From: Octopus sinensis
Lineage: Eukaryota
NCBI RefSeq assembly: GCF_006345805.1
Contig: NC_043000.1
Coordinates: forward strand, 45,384,001 to 45,448,000
DNA length: 64,000 nucleotides
Direction: 5' to 3'
Shown: positions 12,891 through 25,619 of the stretch, piece by piece
Numbering within the stretch: the stretch's first letter is position 1
Layout: each line of letters opens with the position of its first letter
The notes under the pieces: generated by a model
Database searches by the model: none
What the model was told of the DNA's origin: nothing
What the model saw: only the letters and a program-made list of their open reading frames with translations
Made by a program: the position numbers and the translations under genes

Positions 12891-14375
12891 ATAATATTGT
12901 TATGCTACATATTATATTCATAGTATTTAACATAATTTAGGTAGTGGGTAGCGATTTTCTTCACTACTTCAGGGAGTGACAACCCTGCCTGACACGAGTC
13001 TCAGGTTCAGCTGGCTCCAGCTGACTGTACCCGGTATGGGCTCTTCTCCAGGGTTACAGAAAGGAGACAACCTTCAAATAAATTCAGAGTGGAGCCCCGA
13101 AGGCGGTTTAGTGTTCCACTCAACACTCTTCCAACAGCTCCTCCAACCTTGCTGGTGCCAAATGTAAAGCTCTGCATTCCTTTGGACAACATCAGCAAGG
13201 TCGAAAGAGGAATCCTGACGATTGGACTATCCAGGGTTATCTTACATCTAGCCCAGGTTTGTGCAAAACTGGAGAGGACATGAAGTGTAAAAACCAGACT
13301 GGATTAGTTTATGCACAACTCCAATGTCTCCCGAGACAAAAGGATGCCAACAACAATTTAATGTAATATTGTAATATAAATAAACTATTGGATTGTCAAT
13401 GGAATATCTCTATATTTAATTTACACACACTCACACACAGACACACACACACACACACACATATATATACATTTATATATGTATGTATACATATATGCAT
13501 GCATGTATGTATTTGTGTTCTTCATTTGTTTTGCAAAATATTTGATATGAGAAAACTTGTTGAAACTGATATTTTTGTATCATTGAAGGATCATTTAACC
13601 AATAAAAAGACATGCATTGATTGTGTTTCATTTCTCTGCATCATCATCATCATCATCATTATTATTATTATTATTATTGTTGCTGTTGTTGTTATCCTCC
13701 TTCTCCTCCTCATCCTTCTTCTTCTTTTTCTTCTTCTTCTTCTTATTATTCCACAACTTAACTAACTAACCACTAAGCTAATAAACTGTTTGATGAAACT
13801 TTTGATCAGTTAATTCATCATTGTACTTTCATTGCCCATTTGTTACTTCATCAATGATGCTTGTATGCAGTTTGTCACAGCCACAAATTTGACTGATTAA
13901 TGGATCAAATGATCAGTCAAGCAATCTATTAGTTAACTGGTTAATTAGCTAACGAGGCATTTGTTTGGCTAATCAACTAATAATACTATAAAGACAGAGG
14001 AATATAATCATTGGATGTGTTTTTATTGGCAGATTGTTGCCACTCAAATATGTGTGTGTATATATATAAATATATATATACATATATATACACATATATA
14101 TGTATGTATGCATATATATGTGTGTGTGTGTATATGAATATATACACGAATATATATATATATATATATACACAAATATATATGTATATGTATGTGTATA
14201 TATATATATGTATATGTGTGTGTATATATATATATATAGTATTTCACTTTGACCTAGAAATGCTAACAATCTAATATTAGAACTCAGTACATGTGTACTT
14301 TAGAACAAAGTGTCAGTTGAGTTCAGAACAGTAATTAGAAACTAAGATGTGAAAAGAAAATTATATGATGACCTT

Positions 14376-14869
14376 CATTAGCCTTACAGCTGTTTCAGCT
14401 ATAAGAGGCAAACACTCATATCTGCATGCTTGTGCATCACTGTATAGCTTCATCAGAGCTCCAAATACGAAGTGCATACACAGTCTTTTGGGGGCCCAGG
14501 CAATATTGATGTGTAATGTAATATCAAACAACTGCCTTGCATATGAAATTGGCTTGGTTATCAGCCCCATCTAAAGCGTAAATTGCTCCAACATGCTCTT
14601 TTAATGGGCAGAGGTATCAAGTTTCCTCTGCCTAGCAACTATAGCAAAAGACGTTGCATGGCAAATGGAATTGAAAGGTCTGGAGAAAGGTAGCTTTCCT
14701 TTTGGTAGATCTTTAAAAAAAGATGGGGGTACTGTAAGAGGCACTATCCTTAATTGTAAAGAATTGTGCTTCATGTTTGAAGTTCCAATGAAGCTAAAGG
14801 GTGATTCACAAGCATGCAACTATGAGTGCATTTTGCCTCTTATAGCAGAAGCAGGTGAAACCTAATGAA
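14376..14869. mobile_element. palindromic element with hammerhead motif
   Basis: Inverted arms ~14376-14482 and ~14764-14869. Confidence 0.75.
14380..14460 (-). ncRNA. type I hammerhead ribozyme motif with intact catalytic core
   Basis: Minus strand AGCT-CTGATGA-AGCTATA(39 nt)TATAGCT-GAAA-CAGCTG-TA-AGGCT: 7-bp stem II, palindromic stem III, GUA cleavage triplet. Confidence 0.82.
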
Positions 14870-17800
14870 ATTGACGATATCATTTTTCTATCGTTTGTCA
14901 TTTTAATTTTTGATGTGTGTGTGTGTGTCTGTCTATCTGTCTCTCAGTCTGTGTAGATTTGATGATGCAAACTGGAAAACAGAATTTTTTTTTTAATGAT
15001 TAGGTTGCTAGGTGCTAATTCATGAAACCCTTGAGTCACTTTGTTGCTTCTGAATATTAATACATACACGTGTGCACACACACACACTCAAACACTCAAA
15101 CACTCACACACACACACACATATATACACACACATATACATATATATGCACGCAGATATTTTTCATCTGTTTTCTACTAAATGGACAGATGTGCTCCAAT
15201 AGTGTCTCACCACTCCTTACATTCCTTCATGACCTCATGCAGACATGCTCTTCTTACCAACAACCAATTCACAATCTGTACTGTCGTTTTATTGCTGATA
15301 CTCTATATATATATATATTTGTATTTTCTTTTTAAACATAGAATTTGTAATTAGCTTTTAATTCATGTTTTCCCAAGTAAATCTTCATGATGCCATTCAT
15401 TATTGAGAAAGATACATAGGATGAAGCTTTGGAATATATCATTAGGAATTTCATGGTTCCTTACTACATTGCTACACCTCGTGATTTAATTTCTTTTAGA
15501 TCAAGGTTCATTTCTACAATATAGCACCTTGATCTTCAACAATAAGTATAAAACAATTGATCATAGGTTTGGTCAGTTAGGTCTAACCCAGAACTAAACA
15601 ATCATAAATAATCGAGAACTTATTAGCTCATATATTTTTCAATTTGCTAATACTGTAAATCCTTATCAATTAAGTTATAAATCATTCATACACATAATAG
15701 ACAGATTTGATCACATTAGGAAAAATAGGTGAAAATAATTAGCCAAGCTTGTATTTTTTTTTTATTTGTTGCTTATATACATTTTTTTGTCACTTGCACT
15801 ATTACCATATTTTGAGTTTTCTTCAACACTGCCCTGGTAAAGAGAGCTGAAGCAACAGGTGAAGTAGCCTTTACTACATGGGAGTAGCAACAAATTAGTT
15901 TCACAATTGTTCAGGACAATATTATTGAAAGCAGTGCTGTTCATGGCAATATTCTGTGTGACAGTGAACTGTTGGAATATTGATGGCTTATTCTCTCTTT
16001 TTGGAATATATTAAAAAAAAATATATATATATTTAGTTAAATAAAAAATTTGATGACTAGTTCCAAGAGTTTTACATTGCAAGTCTTCTTGAAATTATAT
16101 TGTATTTTTGCTGTTGCTTCTAGATGTCTCTTCAATTTCTGTTTTTTTTTTCTTTACTATGAATACTGAAGCATATATCAAACAGATGTTAAACGTCTCT
16201 CTCTGTCATATCTTTTCTTGTCGAGTGATACATGCACTGACAGCTATTACATGTCTCATGACAACAATAGATTTTATTACAAACATATTGCTTTCCATTG
16301 TTAGGAATTATATTTGTACCATTTCTATTGCTACTGAAATTTGAAGTTTGTATAAAATAGTATCGCATTCTTAAGAATTTTGCTTGCAATCATGTAGTTC
16401 CAAATTCAATTTTACTGGAAACTGTACTGAGTCGGTATCTTTTACTACAGCCTAGGGTTGATCAAACTCTTGATGTTGACGTTTGGTACACAGAAACTGT
16501 GAATAAATTTATCATATTACCTCTTGTTTCATTGTTAAGCAACTTTAATAACAACAAAGGCAGCAACAATGATCCCGATAGTAATAAAACAGCAGCAAGA
16601 ATGAAAATGGAAAAGTGACAAGAGCCACAGGAGTTTTGTAATTTCGATGAAGAATTCCAAGTTTGATGTCTAATTCAACATCAGCAACACAGTGAATAAC
16701 AATAACAGCAGTGTCTATTTGAGATTGGAAAGAATTGCTTCACCACAACTACCACCACTAATTTACCACTTCCACAGAGGTGAAGGAGAGCAGTAATATC
16801 AAAATCAACAACATGACCACAACAGCTGAATATGGCAAAGGTGATAAATATGGATAAGTTGTAGATAGTGAATGCTTTAGAAAGACCAGAAGCATTGTAA
16901 AGAGATCAGGGGAAAATGGACATTTTTGTGAATATCAAAACAATTTTAACAAATGCACTCTAAATTTGTAGATGCATCAACATGAGTATTGATTGTATTA
17001 AACATCCATCTCTCAGAACTGTTTCTAATTGGATGCTTAGTGCCCCTGTTGGCTCTAAAGTCACCACTGCAGAAGTTAGGAATGGTTGAGTATCATAACT
17101 GTCATGGTGTTAGATATATCAAAGCAGAGACAACAAGTACTGTTTATTCTAAGGGAATTCAAGACAATGGCAGGGGTTCAAATCAACCAAGATTAGTCAA
17201 TGGACTTGCAGTCCAGTACCTTGACAAGCAAGTATTTGTGTGATGCTGGACTGATTGACTGATTAAATTCTTGTGGTATGGTTCGGTTCCGACTTCAAAA
17301 TAGAATGAAAGTGGGGTGAAATAAAATGCAGAGGAAGCACTACCACAAAGGTGGCAAATGCTGAAACTTTTTCATTATCATTCTCTGCTTAGTTGTTGTG
17401 CTTTGCCCCAATATGGTCTTATCATATTGGAATGTCTACTCTTCAGCTTTTTGTGGATTGGCAAAGGTGGTTTAGTTGCAGCCATCTTTCCATCTGCATT
17501 AGAGGACAAACAAGCATGCTATGGTGGCTGATGTACAGGCATATGCTCAGTCTACACTACCTTTAGGTTTTACTATCTAGTTGCTAATAACATCAGCAGC
17601 AGCAGCAGAAAGAAAAAGAAGAAGGCGAGAGGGAGTCAAATGTGACCTTTACAGCTTTTTTCTCTTGCATTCTGAGTTCAAATCCCACTGTGGACTACTA
17701 GTTTGGTTGACATAAACTGTCACCTGGTTTGGCAGCACTTAACTCTTGAAATCCTTTATGAAAGTCAGCTGTGTTACAAGCATTTTGGTAAGGGTTCCAA

Positions 17801-17999
17801 TTTGAGGTTAACTTCCTCTCTCTTCCTTCCACCAGTCTAAGAAACCTTGTAAAGTGTCACGTTAATGTCCGCCTCTCTTCACTAAATGATAAAAATATGC
17901 TCATGGCATTAAGCATATTAATGCTGATTTAACTATTGTGTTTCATATGTATAACAGCTGTATTGCTTTACCCATTTTAAAAATTATATCTGTGAGACT

Positions 18000-18220
18000 A
18001 AGATGGTGAGCTGGCAGAATTGTTAAAACGTTGGGAAAATCTTTTTTATGCTGTTTGTTCTAGCTCTGTACATTCTGAGTTCAAATTTTATTGGTGTCAA
18101 ATGTGGTTTTCGCCTTTATATGGTTGATAAATTACATTAATAGTCAAATACTGAAGTTGGTGCAATTAATTAACCCCTTCTCCTAAATATTGCTAGCCTT
18201 GTGCCTAAATGAGAAACTAT
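18000..18220 (+). mobile_element. Deu/Nin-domain SINE (family C), degenerate
   Basis: aagatggtgagctggcagaattgttaaaacgttggg...cattctgagttcaaat. Confidence 0.75.
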
Positions 18221-20319
18221 AAGCTCTGTTAGGAGTAATATTTGTTGTTATAGCAGTAACACTATAATATTGTAGGGTCATTAAATTAGACAAAGTAGAG
18301 CATTTGCTTTTGTTCTCTATATTTTAAGTACATATCCTGCCTAGGTTTACCTTTCCTTTCATTCTTTCAGGATCGATAAATAAAATACTAGTCAAGGAAA
18401 ACAATAGAATGGCATATTGTTAGACTGTTAATAGGGAAAATTCTCGATATTCATTTCAACTTTGTGAATTCTGAGTTCAAATTACATTTCTTATCACTGG
18501 CAAAAGCCAATGATTGAAGTGACAAACCTTTAAGAAAATCTTCAAGTATTTCAGTTTATCACTCACAATATCCTTACACCAACTAGCAGGGGAGAATGTC
18601 TGAGTCCTGTGCATTCATCAAATAATGAAAGAAGTTTATAAATTGTAATCAAATTATTCTATATACTACACCAATTTCTTGCAATAAAACCTTGATATTT
18701 ATTATAACTCCATGTTGTTTATGTATTTATTTATTGATGCTTTTTAACTTTGTTTTTCTGGTTGTGTCATGTTTTGTTGAAGGATAGAAACAGGTTTTTT
18801 TCTGAATGAAGGTAGTTTGTTTTACTTTGATTATTTTATTAAGGATAGAATCTTTCAAAGGATTTGGGTGCTCCATGAAATAATTATCTTTTATAGATAA
18901 TACATAGGTAAATAGAAAAACATTTTATCTTATTGTCTGCAGTAAGATGACACAAAACAACTATTGAGAAATCTATATAATTAGGTATTGGTAATTGACA
19001 AAGAATATAAAAAAAAGGGTAAGAAAAACATCATACATGAAAGGTAAATAGTTGTACTTAAAAAGCAGCATTTAAAGGGAGACAAGAAAAAAATTATTTT
19101 CTAAGCTTAAACTGTATTGTAGACCATCCCTGATTAAAAAGAAAATTAAGAAAAATACAAGACACTCAAGAGATTAGTATAAAGCAGCAAAATAACATAA
19201 ATAAATAAAAAAAAGTTATCAATAGAATACGTTTTCTTTTTTTCTGTTAGGAATCGGAAAATATAATTTGAAAAAAAAAGAGTAAAAGTGGGACAGCTCT
19301 GTTTGTCTTCTCATTTTCATCTATTATTTGTCACTTTTGATTTGTTATCATTATAGTTCTTACAACCTAGTTCTAGGGATGAGAATTTATTTCTACTTGT
19401 AAGTAAAAGTATGCTTTCATTATGTCTTTTTTTTTTAAAGATCTTACATCTATTATAACAACACTTTACATAACTTTTATAGGTGTTTTATTGATTATCA
19501 TATAATGTTTTCAAAAAGGAGTGGTAGATTGGCAGATTGATTACAGCTTTAGATAATATGCCTTATTTTTATATTTATTTATTTTCGTACCAGTTGCTTA
19601 CATTAGGAATGCAAATTATGACAAGGTCAACCATACTCTTCTTCCTCTAATACAAGTGTCTGTGTACTAATATTTGAAAGTCTAAATCTTTACAAAACAT
19701 TATCTACTTGCCATAATGCCGTTTCTGTGCCACTCTTACTTATTTTGTGCCATATGTATTTAGGAAGACTTCTTTTTTTTTTTGTAAAAGATGATCGGTA
19801 CAGCACTTTTTAATATCTTCTGTGGTTGGATAGTCTGTAATTGAGTTAGCCTTAACAAAGATTTTCTCAAAAGATGTAAGTAATTTATCATCTCTGATGT
19901 CATTCATATGTAAAAGTAAGTATTTTCACATGAAAAATTCCTGTAGTTAAAGTACTAATCTTCTTCAACACTCAAGTAATGCAACTGTTATAATAGTTCT
20001 TTCTATGCTCTCCTTTCTTCACTTTTTCTGAAAACTTGAGGTGTTGTTTGTTACTGATTTATTACAAAAATACTCTTAATACAGACGTAATTGTGAAAAA
20101 TTGATGTATTTACTGAAAGAAATGTTTTGCATCTTTTTGTTCCAGTGATAAATTTTGAAACGCTCAATTTGAATAGATTAACATGTTAAGTCCATTTACT
20201 TTGTTGTATATATATTTGTATGTCTAGGAAAAGGATGAGGTGTTGTATTTGTTTCTCTTAATCTTTATTTTGTATTACTTTTGTGATAAATAAATAAATG
20301 AACACTGCTGCCAACACTG

Positions 20320-20603
20320 CCAATGTTACTGCTGCCACTGTTGCTGTCGCTACCACCACTACCACCACCTCCAGTATCACCACCAGTGCCACTACCAGTG
20401 CTACCACCAAATCCACAACTAGTGTCACCTCCACCACCACTGCCGCTGCTACTACTACTACTACTACCTCCACTACTACTACTACTGCTACTACTACTAC
20501 CACCACCGCCACCACTACTACTACCACCACCGCCACCACTACTGCCGCCACCACCACCACCACTACTACTACCACCACCTCCACCACCACCACAACCACC
20601 ACC

Positions 20604-20654
<51 letters not shown>

Positions 20655-20655
20655 G
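20320..20655. repeat. compound (CAC)n/(TAC)n microsatellite
   Basis: Seen directly; produces overlapping poly-Thr, Pro, Val and Gly/Ser ORFs. Confidence 0.95.
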
Positions 20656-21014
20656 TATTTAGAACCAAGAAAGTATTGTTTACTTTGTCGTTGGTTTAAC
20701 AGTTTAAGGTTAGCTTCTATTATATTTCTATTCATATCCACAGTGCATTATTGGAATAGAAATCGACCTGACCCTTATATTTGATGGATATATTGATTAC
20801 TTGTTTAGTTTCTAAATATATATTTTAATGTCACAAGTGCAGTTCTTAGGTTAAGGGGGGGGGACTACTTTTTTTCCCTTTTCACACCTGTTTCTGTTTA
20901 TCAGCCTAAAGCTGCTATAACAATAGGAACCATTCTTGTGCATAACCATAACTCTGTTACTAGATATTTGTATTTGGGCATTTTCATACGTTTTTCTTGT
21001 GATGTATGTATATC

Positions 21015-21480
21015 ATCATCATCATCATCATCATCATCGTTTAACGTCCATTTTCCATGCTAGCATGGGTTGGATGGTTCAACCGGGGTCTGGGAAACCA
21101 GGAGGCTGCACCAGGCTCCAGTCTGATGTTGCAGTGTTTCTACAGTTGGATGCCCTTCCTAACACCAACCACTCCATGAGTGTAGTGGGTGCTTTTTATG
21201 TGCCACCAGCATAAGGGCCAGAGGAGGTTAGCAATGGCTACAATAGGTTGGTGCCTTTTACATGCCACCGGCACAGAAGTGAGTCAAGGTGGATCTGGCA
21301 TCGGCCACGTTCGGATGGTGCTTTTTATGTGCCACTGACACGGGTATCACAACTACAATTTCTATTTGATTTTCATTTTGATGATGTACTTGACTCAGTA
21401 GGTGTCCTCAAGCACAGCAGGTTGCCCTATGATCCAAGGTACTTTTGAATGGGCTTGGGCTGATTATGCAAAACTAATGT
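21015..21480 (-). mobile_element. RTE 3' end (family B)
   Basis: (CAT)n cgtttaacgtccattttccatgctagcatgggttgg...ggatgcccttcctaa. Confidence 0.8.
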
Positions 21481-21589
21481 ACCTATGTGTGTGTGCGCAC
21501 ATGTGTGTGTATGTATATTTTATATATAAATAGACATACATACATACATACACACACACATACACAAATACATATATAGCTCCTACACG

Positions 21590-21780
21590 CATTTTTTTTC
21601 TCTCCTTGTTTCTCTCCTTGTGTTTTTTTTCTGTATATCTTTCTGTCGAAGAGCGTAGGCTCGAAACGTAAAAGACTTGTTCTATTTCTATTCCTGAGCA
21701 CCATACTAATACATTTGTTTGTTTGTACTCCACCTGCCTTCGTCTTTTGTTTATTTTCGTAAACTTTCCCATTATATATA
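21590..21780 (+). mobile_element. short dispersed repeat (family H) with variant hammerhead-like motif
   Basis: tctttctgtcgaagagcgtaggctcgaaacgtaaaagac; homologous copies at ~39140-39300 (+) and ~46340-46500 (-). Confidence 0.7.
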
Positions 21781-21799
21781 TCCTTTCTTGTATAAGCAC

Positions 21800-21960
21800 A
21801 AGGCCAAATTTTTCAGTCAATTACTTCAATCCTGAGCACAACTGGTACTTATTTTATCAACTCTGAAAGGATGAAAGGTAAAATTGACTTCAGAATTTAA
21901 ACTCAGAACATAAAGATGGATGAAATACAGCCAAGCATTTTTCTGACACAAAAATTACTT
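21800..21960 (-). mobile_element. Deu/Nin-domain SINE (family C)
   Basis: actggtacttattttatcaactctgaaaggatgaaaggtaaaattgact. Confidence 0.75.
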
Positions 21961-22974
21961 TGACAGTTTGCTGCCTTATATATATATATCAGAGGCGATT
22001 CCAGGTCATCAACACCACTTGGGCTCATCACAGATTTCACATAAGATACATGCCAGCTCGAAGAATTTCACATTTTTCCACTTTATTTCTAGCTCCAAAT
22101 GGCTTATTTTTTATATTTAGCACTATGTCTTTCTCAATTTGTAAGTTAGGAATAAAAATAAATCAACCCTGCAAAACATAACTGATTTTTACACACAGAT
22201 GCACAGAATAACAACAATCAACTAACAACAATGGAATGCACAACAAGCACCAACAATCTGACTGTCACCTGTACTCTTGACAAGAGATGCAACTTAGTCT
22301 TTGACACCTACCAGGCCCATTCGTATTAGCCCAAGTTGCTAGATAATTCATCGTTCCTTTAAGAATATTGTAGAATGGAAACTTTTCATGGATTGGAATT
22401 TAAATCCCAATCTCTATAGAAATTTATTGCTTGAAAAGAACATTGAATTTGAATTACTATCAATTTTTATGATTATAGATAACAACTCAGGTTGTAACTT
22501 CTGAGACTAAGTCAGGCACATGTGAATGATGTCGAGAGAACATCTGCTATAAATGATATTTTTTGACACAAGAGACCTCTAAGGTGACCACCAGATGCTG
22601 AATGAAAATAAATGAACTGTGACCAGGCTCAACAGAAGGAGCTCAAGTTATTGGCTGCAATTACATACTTGAAGTTAGTGTTGGCAGAAATTAAATCAGC
22701 ACGTAAATACATGTTCACTTTACTAAATTTATACTCAAGCTAAACCTGAACAGCCCAAGTGTCAGAGTCATCACTGATATATATATATATATGTATATGT
22801 ATATGCTGTTTTAATGGCAATACTGCATTCAAAATATCGCTTTCTTGTTTGCATCATATGAAACACATTTGATGCTTCTAAAAAGACAAATCCAAATTTG
22901 TTTATATACTTACATGATTGTCAGATATATATATATTTATATGATACATACACACCTCACGTACATGTATAAAC

Positions 22975-22976
22975 AC

Positions 22977-23042
<66 letters not shown>

Positions 23043-23215
23043 GGATGGATGGATGGATGGATGGATGGATGGATGGATGGATGGATGGATGGATGGATGG
23101 ATGGATGGATGGGTGGGTGGGTGGGTGGGTGGATGGATGGATGGATGGATGGATGGATGGATGGATGCATAGATGGATAGATAGATTGATAGATTGATGG
23201 ATGGATGGATGAACA
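22975..23215. repeat. compound (GATA)n/(GGAT)n/(GGGT)n microsatellite
   Basis: Seen directly. Confidence 0.95.
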
Positions 23216-24081
23216 GACAGAGGGAAAAAGGAATAGATAAGCATACATATGTAGTTAATCATGTATATATGTGTAACTGTGTGTATCTTTGTCTAGACAT
23301 CACAATGTGATTGCAAATAAGCATCATTGTCATCATATAAGTGATGTTGTTAGAAGCAGGTGAGGATTGGCAGCAGGAAAATCAGCTGCCTGTAGAAAAT
23401 CTGCCCTGACAAAAGCCTGCCTGACCCATGCAAGTATGGAAAAATTAAGATAAAGTGAAAATGATGATGGTATATACACATACACACACACACACACTTA
23501 AGCTGGAGATCAAAAGAAATAAAAGATAATGATGAAGATGGTGGTGGTGGTGGTGGTGGTGGTGAAATGCCTTATTTGCATAGACCTGCACAATCTACAT
23601 ATCTCTATTTCCATTCCCTGATTTGAAAATTTTCTTCATCATAATTATTATGATTTATATACCTATTGTGAAAATATATAAATATTTTTGTCTTTATTTG
23701 TACTTTGCACTGTACTTTACTTTGGTCCTTTGCTTAATGGTTTCAGTAATGTATCAGCTTTTCTATGAGATGTTATTTGTCCCTTGCACAATGCTTTTTC
23801 CTCCATTTTTGAAAAAAAAAAATGATTTCTATGAGTAGTGTCTCATGGCCCTCATCAATGTACACCTTAAGCTATTTAGAGGGAAAGAGAGAGAGGGAGA
23901 GAGAGAAAGAGTGAGAGAGAAAGGAAAAAAAGAGGAATTGATCCCTGTACTTGATTGGTATTTTATCTAACCTAAGAAAGATGAAAGATAAACTTTACTG
24001 AACAAAACCTGAATTCACCATTTGATAAAAATGGACACTGGGAAAAAGATGTTTTGCATTGTATGTCAGTAACATTGCCAG

Positions 24082-24131
<50 letters not shown>

Positions 24132-24141
24132 ACATCATCAA

Positions 24142-24174
<33 letters not shown>

Positions 24175-25254
24175 TATTATCGTGAACATTTTAAATGTGC
24201 ATTTTCCCCATACAAATATAAGGTGGACTTTTCTATCACAAAGTATATTCAACTAACCAGTTCTTTTATCATGGTTTCTGGAGGTTTAGAACATACAGAG
24301 ACTCATCGCAGTCCCTTGTTTTCCTTTATGTGAAGTTAATTTTCTCATGATCCCACATCACCACTTTTTTCTCTCATCTTCCTTGGTCTTCAATATTAAT
24401 CAGCATCCCACGCTGATAATACACAACACTTTTACCCCATTATAATTCATTTATGTACATCAATTGTGCACACCAGTGATCCTGTTTTCCTTCACAGTTT
24501 TGGCTAATGTCTTTAGTGCCCAACTGCTCCCTCAGTTCATTTATAATCTCTCTCTCTCACACACACACACACGTACACAAACACATACTTCCACACACAA
24601 GTATATATACACACACACACACCACTGCTTGTATAAAGCTCACCTTAGTCTTACATTTCTCAGATCTTCCACATTTAGTGCATATCTCTCTCTATCATGC
24701 AACACCACACTTTTTACGCATACTTTAAAGAGTCTTTATTTTACATGCAGATAAAATCTAATTATTGCCAAAAGAAGAAATATTTCCAGAAATGATCCAC
24801 TGCAGGAACTTCTGTGTAGCCATTCATCCTTTTAAAAATATCAGCCAAATCAAACACTGTACTATGCTACCTGTAAAAAGATGAAAGAAACTATTGAATG
24901 ATATGTAAATCTAAAATGAACTTATGAAAAGACAGGGCAGGATTGGCATGGAATTCTATGCCTCTGATCATAAATCTTCTCGATTAAAGCTATGGATTAC
25001 TCCAGAGACAATTATTTTCTTACATTTATATTCAAAACGGAGTAGGTACGTTATTGAGTGCACTATGAAATTCAGTGTCATTATAATGCAGTTGAAGTAA
25101 TTCCTATGCATCCATCACATCTAAAGCTGAGATTCCCAAATCGCCTGTACTACAAGGTGTACAATTTCTATTTGCCCCATTGCATCAAGGTCTTGGTTTT
25201 CTATATTCTGTATATTGAGTAAGGCTACTTGGCAAATGCTCTTTCGTTCTCTCT

Positions 25255-25277
25255 GTCTCCCTCTATCTGTCTATCTG

Positions 25278-25355
<78 letters not shown>

Positions 25356-25400
25356 AATCTATCTATCTTTCTATTTATCTATCCATCCATCCATTCATGC

Positions 25401-25445
<45 letters not shown>

Positions 25446-25470
25446 ATTATTTACATCTATCTATATCTAT
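25255..25470. repeat. (CTAT)n microsatellite
   Basis: Seen directly. Confidence 0.95.
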
Positions 25471-25619
25471 CTCTCCTGCATATATAATAGTTTCATCTTT
25501 GCCACACTGACATTTAGATCTCCATTTTCTGCATTTTTTTCCCCAACAAATCCTGCTATTAAATAGACAAATAAAATATATTGTTATATTTTAGAAGTGT
25601 CATGACTGATAAAGACTGC

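Noticed and set aside
12970-13330. GC-richer segment with three short ORFs
   Set aside because: Probably an unclassified retroelement UTR fragment; family cannot be supported from sequence alone
20258-20784. Mucin-like Thr-rich and Gly/Ser-rich ORFs
   Set aside because: Trinucleotide microsatellite open in several frames on both strands
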